NCBI GenBank assembly: GCA_010093605.1
Contig: MU004184.1
Coordinates: 2,405,737-2,469,736 of the forward strand
Length of the DNA stretch: 64,000 nucleotides
Source of the DNA: Lophium mytilinum
Lineage: Eukaryota
Direction of reading: 5' to 3'
Shown here one piece after another: positions 47,470 through 57,443 of the stretch. Below the pieces are notes generated by a model, which saw only the letters and a program-made list of their open reading frames with translations, did not search any database and was not told the DNA's origin. Position 1 is the first letter of the stretch; each line of letters starts with the position of its first letter. The translations under genes were made by a program, and so were the position numbers.

Positions 47470-49158
47470 CTACTTGAAAAGCTTCTGCAAGCCCTCAGCC
47501 AGTCCATCCACATCAAATCCCAGTCGCGCAGGGGCCTTGCCCTTGTTTTCTCGCTCGGACCTCCGCTTCGCTGCTTGTTCAACTTCTTTGCGCTTTTGCT
47601 CGTCTTTTACGGCCTTCTTCGCCTCAGCAACCTTTCGTTTCTTCTTTTCAATGCATTTACCGCAAGTCCACTTCTCGTCCTCACCAGGTACTTCGTCCTC
47701 CTTCATGCCAATGCACGTGATATGGTACCACCCGACAACGCATTTTGAGCTCCGGCAACCAGCGCAGTCGTCGTCATACCGATCGCATTCACCACAGCCC
47801 GTCTGCGAATTCCGGCTCTGACAGTTTGGACAGTCATCGTCATAGCGATCGCATGCATCACAGCTCTTCTTTGCGTTCTCACACTCGACCATCAGGGCCC
47901 CAGCCATGCAGAGTTTGCAGATGCAGTAGTGCTCATGCTCTGCCTTTGCGCACGAGTCTTCCCAACATGCAGGGCAGGACCACACTGCTTCGCCATGGCG
48001 CTGAGCCTGATTAACCGTGCCCTTGACGCAAGAGAAATGAGAGAGTCGGCTTTTGGACTTGCACTCAATGCTCTGACATCGCATAGTGGGTTCGCTGGCA
48101 GGCTTGCGACCACGGCAATAGCAAATGTCCTTCAGCCCTCGGCAGTCGCCGCAGTGCCATCGCCCTTTTGGTTTGCGTAGGAGCCCAGCACAACTCTTAT
48201 AATGGAACCGCTTGCGGCACCATTTGTTGTGGCAAATAATGATGGGCTCCTTGATATCCTTCCCACACTCGCAGTCTACCTTGGGATTGGGTTCGCCTGC
48301 CCTGACCTCTTTTGATACGGTACGATCTGTTCCAGCATTTGGATCCACCGTAAGCTGACCAAATATCTCCATCACATCCGCTCTTAGAGGTGAGATCGAG
48401 CGGCGCCTGTACTTCGGATTGGCGGCCGGATCAACAGCATCTCGATCGTGCATTCGACGTCGAGGCGATCGATCACGGCGTCTTCCCCGCCGGCTACGCT
48501 CGTCATCAGACATACCACCGGGACTCCGACTACGATCGCGCCACGCGGGCTGCGGCACTCGGGGAAGAGATGAAGGCGGAGGCTCGGTCAAGCCCGGGAT
48601 TCCCAGCTCTCGCTTATCTTCCACAACCTTCTTCTTGTCTTTCGAGCCTTCGGAACTAGCCATTGCGGCAGCTGCGACATCATTTTCAAAGTCTCGCCGG
48701 GCAAAGTCGTACTCGAGCCAGTCATCCGGGGAGAACTGGTCGCAGAGTGTCTCGTAGGCCCTGTTGCCAGTATGGCGCTTTATATGCTCGAAGTTCATCT
48801 TCTTAAGGAAATGGTATGCCTGCCACAGGCCATGCAGTTCTTCTTGAAGCTGATGACGATTCTTTAATGGGATCGCGAGCTGAACCCTGACCTGTTCGGC
48901 CTTGGCCTTAACACGGGCTATGTCTGGCCATGACTCCAATTGTTCCGAGAGACAGGCCTCACAAAGAAAGGGGCGGGAGCGTTCGAGTGGGCCACTCGTC
49001 GGGTACGGTTCGACACAATTCTCAGCGCAGTATGTCAAAGTGCTCGTGTGTACCCAGTGCTTGCACTCGAGGATATGATAATGGCCGTAAAAGATGCAGG
49101 GTGTCGTACTAGGCGTAATCCCAAAGTGGGCGGCCTCCATCAGTTTTCCAGACATCAT
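47470..49158 (-). CDS. Multi-PHD family copy 3
   Basis: ATG at 49158/49155; same architecture; YCICK..MVECEN..GWYHITCIGM..WTCGKC; TATA near 49290. Confidence 0.85.
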   Translation of the reverse strand: MMSGKLMEAAHFGITPSTTPCIFYGHYHILECKHWVHTSTLTYCAENCVEPYPTSGPLERSRPFLCEACLSEQLESWPDIARVKAKAEQVRVQLAIPLKNRHQLQEELHGLWQAYHFLKKMNFEHIKRHTGNRAYETLCDQFSPDDWLEYDFARRDFENDVAAAAMASSEGSKDKKKVVEDKRELGIPGLTEPPPSSLPRVPQPAWRDRSRSPGGMSDDERSRRGRRRDRSPRRRMHDRDAVDPAANPKYRRRSISPLRADVMEIFGQLTVDPNAGTDRTVSKEVRAGEPNPKVDCECGKDIKEPIIICHNKWCRKRFHYKSCAGLLRKPKGRWHCGDCRGLKDICYCRGRKPASEPTMRCQSIECKSKSRLSHFSCVKGTVNQAQRHGEAVWSCPACWEDSCAKAEHEHYCICKLCMAGALMVECENAKKSCDACDRYDDDCPNCQSRNSQTGCGECDRYDDDCAGCRSSKCVVGWYHITCIGMKEDEVPGEDEKWTCGKCIEKKKRKVAEAKKAVKDEQKRKEVEQAAKRRSERENKGKAPARLGFDVDGLAEGLQKLFK

Positions 49159-50004
49159 GACGGCGATTGGGCACTTATTACACAATGATGTTACTGGCTG
49201 TCGATTGGGCGTTGTGAAGAAAGGTTGCCGGTGGTGGTGTGGTGTGAAGAGAAGACGGATTCTGAAGAGAACGAACAGAGACCTGGGCGATTTATAGGCA
49301 GGGAAACAAGTGCAACTCACAAAAACCAGTGAATGTGCACTCGATCGTGGGCCCACTCCATGCAATACGTAATTCACTGCGCCAAGCTATCCTTTCATAA
49401 TCTACCCTCAACTTTTCTACAGGAACAAGCCAGAAGTCTGGCCAAAGGTTTGTGCATACTCATTTAGCACTGCATGTACTTACCCCATGGGGTCTTACAC
49501 GTCTAGATACAGTGACAAGTCCCTGGCAGTGTAAACTAGATTGCCCCATGGCTCATTGACTGCTACCTAGCCTGGCCACCCCTCACAGTCCAGGCGGCAG
49601 TGAATCCGTGTGCCGTGACTTGCGGCCTATCATTATAAAATACATATAAGGGACTTCCCGGAGAACTTTTCCGTCTTGAAAAACAACCCATGCTTGACCG
49701 GGTCGAACTAGGACTCAAAAGCAATGTACGCTTGTCTAGGATATCTATGTATACAGACAATGCGGTACAAGAAGACGAGGCAAGGTCACTCAATTCTGGG
49801 AGTTGGTAGACGCAGAGCGCTCGTAAGATACGCAGCGCCAAATAATCTCAGACATTACCTACATTTCGAAGGCTTCCCAGGAGGGATGCAAGAGAATATT
49901 AGTTTTCAGAGACGTAGGTACCTTTGTAGATTATTACAGCCATCAACCTAGTACCTGACCATTATCTAGATTTCACAAGGCAGGGAGTACATCGAAGCCG
50001 TCTC

Positions 50005-51078
50005 TCAGTTCCACAGCTTCTCAATGCCCTCCACCAAGCCCTTCAAGTCGAGCCCAAGCTGTGCGGGAGCGTCGCCCATCACTTCTCGCTCGGACCGGCG
50101 GTGTTCACCCTCATCATGTGTTTTCTTCTTACCTTCATCCTTCGTGGTAATCTGGGCAGCAGGCGCTCCGCGTCCCTCGCGCTCGATGCACTTCGAGCAT
50201 ACCCAGGTATCGTCTTGCCCTGGTTTATCCTCAACAACGCAAGTCGCATGGTACCAGCCAACAGGACATCTGGCCTCTTGACAAGCCAGGCAATCGTTGT
50301 CATAACTGGCACATCCTTCACACCACTTGTCGGCGTTTTCGCATTCGATCACGGGCTCATCGGCTGGCTGATGGCCTCCACAGTAGCAGGCTTCAAGGAG
50401 ACCACGGTCCTCATCGTCCTCCGAGTTCATACCAGGGCTAGGACTGCGATCTTGCCAGGAAGCTTGTGTTACCGGTGCTGGAGCAGCTGGTTGTTCCATC
50501 TCCTTGAACATGGCGAAGGGTCCTAGCGCTCGCTGCTCTTCAGCAGCTTGTTGCTCTTTGCGCTTGATATCTGCAAACGTTCCCGTCCGGACGAATGCGT
50601 CTTCCTCGAGGTCCTTTACTGCGAAATCGTAGTCCGACCATTGGCTAGGCGAGAATGTGTCGCCATGTGTTTCATGAATCGCCTTCCTCCGAAGCTCTTT
50701 GATGTTTTCCTTCTTCATGAAGTCGTAAGCTCGCCAAAGGCCGCGCTGCTTCTCTAGAAGTTGTCGTCGAGTCTCCTTCGGCAGTGCGTTCCCAAGCTCA
50801 GATGTCACCCACTCAGCTTTGGTCTTTGCGTGTACTATATCCGGCCATAGTTCTATCATTTCCATGGCGCACTCCTCACAGAAGAATGGTTGCGAGTGCT
50901 CCTGCGCGTGGGTATCCGGGCACGGCTGACGACAATTCTCGGCACAGAACGTGGGAGCCGCGGTGTGGACCCAGTGGTTGCATCTAAGTCGATGATAGGA
51001 CCCGAAATGTATGCAAGGGGTCGTGCTTGGAGACGTCCCAAAGCTCGTGGTATTGAGTAAATTATGATTCGAAGACAT
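50005..51078 (-). CDS. Multi-PHD family copy 4 (single hybrid PHD)
   Basis: 357-aa ORF with the same N-terminal domain and C-terminal tail but only one finger (CYCGG..VIECEN..GWYHATC..WVCSKC); TATA near 51250. Confidence 0.85.
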   Translation of the reverse strand: MSSNHNLLNTTSFGTSPSTTPCIHFGSYHRLRCNHWVHTAAPTFCAENCRQPCPDTHAQEHSQPFFCEECAMEMIELWPDIVHAKTKAEWVTSELGNALPKETRRQLLEKQRGLWRAYDFMKKENIKELRRKAIHETHGDTFSPSQWSDYDFAVKDLEEDAFVRTGTFADIKRKEQQAAEEQRALGPFAMFKEMEQPAAPAPVTQASWQDRSPSPGMNSEDDEDRGLLEACYCGGHQPADEPVIECENADKWCEGCASYDNDCLACQEARCPVGWYHATCVVEDKPGQDDTWVCSKCIEREGRGAPAAQITTKDEGKKKTHDEGEHRRSEREVMGDAPAQLGLDLKGLVEGIEKLWN

Positions 51079-51975
51079 CCCTGTGGTGAGATCTGTTCTC
51101 GTGCGGAGAAACTATAGTAGTCGAGGTAGTCGAGCCTTCGAGTCCGGAAGGGTTGCGAGAACTCGGTCGTGTGGTGGATAATGTGGTGTGGACGATAGTC
51201 TGTTGGGGTTGAATCTTACGAACGCTACAACTCTGCAGCAGGGGAGGCATTTATATGGTGAACATGTAAAGAACATTCACAGGACATACTCCGTTCCCTT
51301 GTGCACTCAACATTCACCGGTTTGGCCAAGCGTGTACGATCGTGGCAAGGCTTAGCCAAGTGGCGAAGAACAAATCGGATCTCGGGACTAGAGCCCGTGT
51401 CTAGCTCCATACCATGATCTGAGCGGGCCTCGTGTTGAATGTAGGCCATAGCGTTTGACATTAGGCGGAGGACAGCCTAATATACAGGAACGACCCTATT
51501 GTGCTACCGTGAATGCTTGCTGTAGGCGATTGTCAAAATCCAACACTTTGTAAGTATACTATTGGTTCTGAATGCTGAAGTAGAATCAAGTTTGCAATTA
51601 CAAAGATGAGTCGGAGTACCACAAATAGTCGTATAGAGGTGTAGAGATAGTACATGATGATGCATTCAAGCGTCGTTATCCTGTCGCGTCCAGGAAGTTT
51701 GATAGTGAAGAGCGACAGTAGATTCGAATGCATATAAGATCATCAGTCATTGCATTTTCGTCATCTCATCGTGAAGAGATTTTGCAGGGCATTGAGCCTA
51801 CAGGCGGAATGGCTACGCAGGGTATAATTTAAGTTTGTGACAGATCATCCCAAGGAGGACTCGGGTCGTTTGAGGTCCTGATATCTCCGCGCCCTGACTT
51901 TGAGAGTGACTAGATGCGTATGCAGATCGACGAGGATGCAATAATACCTCACAAACTGGCTCAAGATAGCCACTT

Positions 51976-53926
51976 TCACACCTCTTTGCCGGCAACGTGC
52001 TCCTTTTCCACCCCTTGTAGCCTCCTCTCAACCCGTTCGGTGAAGAACTGGTTAAACGGCTTCGTGCAAAACGCGCAGATGATCGCCACGGCCCCGAAAG
52101 CCAGACTAGAGTAGAACACCATATGATATGCCTTCACGTTCCCATCCTGAACCGCCTTCACATATAACGGAACCCTGTCGGCGGCGATCCCGGGGATCTT
52201 TGCGAATGTGGCAACAGCACCCAGGAGTCCAGACTTGATGAGGAGAGCCGTCGATTTCGCAGAGAGGTGGTCTTCGACCGCCAATTTTCTTAACCTGGGA
52301 GGTATCTCATCCGCCTTGGTGCTTGTCAAGACGCTAGAAAAGATAGCGAGAGCCACGCTGCCCAGGGTCGAGCGACATGACCCAAGCAGGCCACTGGCGA
52401 GGCCAAGATCCGCAGGAGGAACGCAGAAGGGCACAGCGACAATGCCTACAACTTCAACGACGCCGACGGCTAGAGCGCCGAGGCAGCAGAAAACGATGGA
52501 CATGGTGCGCGTGGAGGCATCGGCGGCGGCCATAGCACCGATAAAGGCGCACATGAGCAGAGCGGCAATGCGGAGTTGCCAGTGACCGAAGCCGAAGCGA
52601 ACTGTGAAGCCTCCGAGGACTTGACCGAAGGCGATGGAGCCTCCAAGCGTACCAGACATGAGCCCGATCATGACTTGCTTGTTTTCGTAGAGAGAAGTGA
52701 TCATTTGCGGCCAAATGACGGTCAGAGAGTAGTAGAACATCTGCAGAACTGTTAGAGTCAGGCATAAAAAAGCCAGCACTTAGTACGTACGCTTGCGACG
52801 GATGCGACGCCCACAAGCGCCATAAAGCGACCGTTCATAAAAAGGGACATTGGAATGAGAGGGTATTTCAGCGGCATGTATATTTCTGTCACGGTTAGCT
52901 TTTCGTCCATGACGCATTCTGAAAGTATATTTACCATAGAAGGCGAAAGCCACAAGTATAGCAAATCCGACAACGATTGGAACGATGACATGATACGAGT
53001 CCCAAGGATAGAGGCCTCCGCCCCAAGAGAGGCCCAACACGAAGGATGTGAGCCCGCTGGCAAAGAGAACGATTCCTCCCCAATCTAGTTGACGGAGCTG
53101 CTTGGCCATGCTCGTATCCTCGTGGAGCTGCTTGTGTGTTGGAGGATGATAGCAGATAAAGAACAAGATGCCAGACATGGAGCAAGTGATGAGATTGAGC
53201 CAGTAGTTCCAACGCCAACTAAGAGCGGTGTACTGAGCCAGACAACGGGCGATGAGAGGGCCAAAGGCAGCAAGTGGGCATGTTGTGAGAAAGAGGAGGC
53301 CGGTAACAATGCCGCGATGCTTGTTTGCGACGAGTTCCATGAGGACAAAGCTGAAGCAAGTCTGGATGGCTCCAGCAAGGCCCATGAAGACGGTGCCCCC
53401 GAGAATGGTGTTGATGTCCTTGGCAGTGCCATTGATGCATGATCCGATGATTCCAAGTATAGCTCCCGTGATCATGAACCACCGGCGTCTGATTGTAGGT
53501 CAGTAAATGCGCCATAGATCGTGCAATGCTTCAAGAAACCCACCCAAATATGTCGCTCAACCGTCCAACAAGTGTCAAGCCCACTCCTCCACAGAGTGTC
53601 TTTATCACGGGGATCAAGGCATAGTTCGGATCGGGGCCTAGGTCGGCATTGATTATGGTAATGGTATTGGCGGGCAGGATATAGCCTATGATGGGTGAGC
53701 GGGAATCAATTGAGGTCAAACGAGTTATAATACCTAGGTAGAGGCCCTGAGCCATGAATGCAACGGCAGCAACAGATCCAATGAACCGCCAGTTCCGATA
53801 GTAGCCTTCTGGCATATCTTCGAGGTCGCCGCCTCGCGCCTCTTCGGCGATCTCTAGTCGAGTACCATCGGTGGCGTGCTCGATATGGACATTGTGAAGA
53901 GAGGGCTCAAGTTCTTTCTCGTCCAT
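51976..53926 (-). CDS. MFS efflux transporter, TRI12-like; introns 53686-53733, 53489-53543, 52886-52934, 52741-52790
   Basis: GYYRNWRFIGS, INADLGP, GRLSDIFGRRWF, LDWGGIVLF and WGG.YPWDS. Four canonical introns join the ORF pieces in frame. Confidence 0.9.
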
Positions 53927-54661
53927 GATGGCAGCGAAGGAGTAAAGTAAATTCGCAATGGACTTGCTGTACGAAGGGAAGGCGAAGCTTAAGTTTGATG
54001 CAGATCTACATAGTGAGACAGAGTGTTCATATACTATTGCTGGCCAAGGGTGGCGCATGTCCCCAGATTTTTCATCCCCGCACTGGGTAGCTTCGTTAGC
54101 AATTCTGGGGTTGGAAACAACATTCCGGGGTGCTCGATTTCTCGGATAACGATTTGCTGCCTGTTGAATGCATGTTGGCGATCATTTGACACTGCTTAGT
54201 GGCTGGGCGATGATTCATTGCTGGAGGGACCAGTCTACGATAGGTACAGGTACCGCGAGTCAGTGTACTATCAGTAGTCATCGCTGCTGTCCTAGTGTAA
54301 TCGGTGGCATATCACGATGAAGCTGGTGGGTGCGAATGACTTGTAAACGCGCAGGCCATCTACGACACGCCGTTTTCTCATTCGCAGGGTAAAGATTAGT
54401 GGAGAGAAGACATGCGTAGCCTGAGGAGCTACAACATCATGCTTGATAAGTTCTAAAGTCTAGGATGGTTGCAAATACAGAGTTTCGAGACAGATGGAAG
54501 GGGGTTGAGATGGAGGTGAGGCAAGGCAGCTGGAGTCGTGGAATGTGACGCTAGGCCCAATCGGAGTGTGCCAAGCATCCCCCACTTCCTCTCCTCCGAC
54601 GTCCGCAGACCTTCACCCATTCACCCATCTGCATCCATCTCGTACACCACCATGTCCATTC

Positions 54662-55427
54662 TCATACTGACCCCCAGGTCAGCTTCAACCCCACAATGTG
54701 CCACGGAACCACAAACGACGCGTAGTAATTGAAAAGCGCGTCGATGCAGGCCTTGAAGCCTGGCCGCTTCTCGAATTCTTCATGATGTGCCTGTTCAACG
54801 TCAGCACATTTTCGGGGGGCAAAGTCGAGGTTGATTACTCACATCGACAGTCTTCCAGTTGATCAGGAGAATCTGATCCTGGGGGTTCTCAATCTGCGGG
54901 CTAATAAAGTAGCCATCACACCCTGGGTCTTCCTCGAGAACTTTGGTCACCACAGCTCTGAACTGATCATAGTATCCTGATACGCCTCCCTCTACCACCT
55001 TGGTCAAGGCCACCTCGATGGCTGGGCTGTTGAGAATGCTCTTCAACCGGGCGTCACTATCGAGATCGGACGTCCCGAGGAGAGCATGCTGCTGCCATTC
55101 CACTTTGCGCCCATTCAACGCTGGCTGCACCACCTTGTGGAACTTTCCATACGCTGGACTAATGAAAAACGCGTGACTTGATGCTAATGACTCCCACACC
55201 AGCACCAGCACCTGTGTGTACCGCTCCTCATATTTCTTCCCTCGGAAGACTGCTTTTAAGCCCGGAGCACTACCACAGAACCGTTAGTATCTTCGCTGGG
55301 CGCAGGTTTACGTATCAACAAACCTTTGCAATATCTCTATCGCAGGGGCCAAGTCGGCATTGATCTCTTCTTCCGTCGGCGTTGGACGGTGAGGTATGAA
55401 AATTAATTGTAGTGCTTGTTTGGACAT
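54662..55427 (-). CDS. Dimeric alpha/beta-barrel (ABM monooxygenase-like) protein, 3 exons
   Basis: Spliced reading APGLKAVFRGKKYEE..LVWESLASSHAFFISPAY..QIENP..LLINWKTVDAHHEEFEKRPGF, i.e. two ABM-like repeats. Confidence 0.7.
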
Positions 55428-55569
55428 GGTTGGCAACGGTATTCGAGAACTTTCTTGTTTGTGTAACGCTTCCACCCCGGCACTCGTTGAAAGCATATAT
55501 TGCATCTCAAGCATCGAAACCGATAACCGGAGTTGCTTCCCCGCAAGTAGGACGGTCATCGGAGAGAAA

Positions 55570-55593
55570 TTGGCCGAAGACTTGGCCGAAGAC
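55570..55593. promoter_or_regulatory. 12-bp direct repeat TTGGCCGAAGAC x2 in a divergent promoter; candidate Zn2Cys6 site
   Basis: Perfect tandem CCG-containing repeat between divergent genes. The same core recurs at 61905-61914 (reverse) and 63091-63097. Confidence 0.45.
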
Positions 55594-55769
55594 ATTCCGT
55601 CCGTTCTGACAAATCTCAAATGCTTCTCATTGTTTCAAGTTTGCGTGTAGTTCACTCCCAAGAACGACTCTATAGAAGACACAACCATATCTCCCCATTT
55701 CGAAGACCGCAAACCAGTATCTTAGAAGTCGTAGCCTCCATCGCCTTACACAGCCCAAAGACACAAAAG

Positions 55770-56663
55770 ATGGCATCCACAACAACAGCCCCACGGCCTG
55801 GCCGCCTCCAAGATCGCATTGCCATTGTCACGGGCGCCTCATCGGGCATGGGAAGATCAATTGCTCTTACCCTTGCCAGTGAAGGAGCTCACGTGGTTTG
55901 CGCAGACTTGCGGGCGGAGGCATCGCCAAACGGATTCGAAAAGGACATTCACATTCCTACTCACACTGTCATCGCCAACAACGGTGGCACATCTCGATTC
56001 AAGAAATGCGACATGGGGGTACCGGAAGAAGTTTATGCGCTGATAGACTTTACCGTGCAGGTACACAATGACGTATATGCCTATTCGAGGTAGACAGCGA
56101 GACTAACCCAATTCCAGGAGTTCGGTCGGCTAGACATCCTGATCAACAATGCAGGTCTTTGGATGCCGCTCCGCGAGTTCGTTGAGGAAACGGACGAGAT
56201 GTGGGACCGCATGATGGCCATCAACAGCAAAGGCTCGACCATCGCTATGCGACAAGCCATCAAGCAGTTTCTCAAGCAGGACGTCACCAGCTCTGGCTCG
56301 CGCGGTCGCATAGTCAACATCTCTTCCAGCGCGGGTATTACGGCCATCGCACGCGAAGCGACCTACTGCGCCTCGAAAGCTGCCGTGTCGATGCTCACGC
56401 GCGCAGTCGCCCTCGACCACGCGAAAGACTCGATCAACGTCAACGCAGTCTGTCCAGGTGTGGTGCGGACGGCGCTCTCGAGCACGAACTTCAATGACCC
56501 GGAGATCATCAAGAACATGAAGAAGGGCACGCCGTGGCCGCGGCTGGGAGAGCCCAAGGACGTGGCTGGCGTCGTGGTGTTCCTGTGCACGGATGAAGCC
56601 GTGTGGGTCACCGGGCAGAACATCGCCGTGGATGGCGGGTTCACCGTCGGGATCCCTCTGTAG
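55770..56663 (+). CDS. Short-chain dehydrogenase/reductase; intron 56061-56117
   Basis: TGASSGMG, GRLDILINNAG, YCASK and VTGQNIAVDGG. Confidence 0.95.
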
Positions 56664-57443
56664 ACTGACCGCCGCATCATCAATTCAAGCTTCAATCTTC
56701 TCAAGCCTCGCGCACTTCACATTTCAGCCGCGGGTCTTTACGCATCGCCACATGACGACGAAGTCGAGCTTGGCAGGCCAGCAAACAAACCCCGCGAAAT
56801 GCAACTGACCGCGAATATTAGGGTCCATGGCTTTTGACTAGGCGCTGATTCGCTGCTACGTAGCATCCTCTTGAATTGGTCCGGAGCGAGGGTCTTCGGA
56901 CGGACTATTTCTTCCCCGCCTTTGCCCAGCGATCAACGTGCGGAAACTTACCACGTCCAGAAGGTCATTGGACAGCCGACGCCGCCGGATCTCTTCGAGT
57001 GCGGTCTGGTGCATGCGGGGCCCCGACTTGCTGTGCCTGGAGAGCAGCTTTGCTCGAAACTCAGAGCCGGTGCTTGGACGTGCTGGGGCTGCTGGGGCCG
57101 GGCGTGCTTGGGCCTTCACCCCCCGAGTTCCGGCTTCTCCCTGCTCCCTGCGTCTGGCCCCCCAAACCCGCTTCAGACGCGGTTGCATGACTCGAGCCCG
57201 GATTTGGCTGGAGCTCTCCCTGGCCACTCATCTCCACTTTGTGGAGAAGCTGGCACGGCTGGCACGCGGGGTACAGATCGCTGCCCATCAATATTCGCCA
57301 GCGCCGTCTGTCTCTGCTGATATTCACACCACCCGTCTCCCACTCTCTGTCTTTGGTCATCAATTTCTGTGCTCGCTTTGTTTCAATCCACGCAGGGGCC
57401 TCAGACGACCCGGTAGAGCTATCTGCGAGATAAAGTAGTAATA

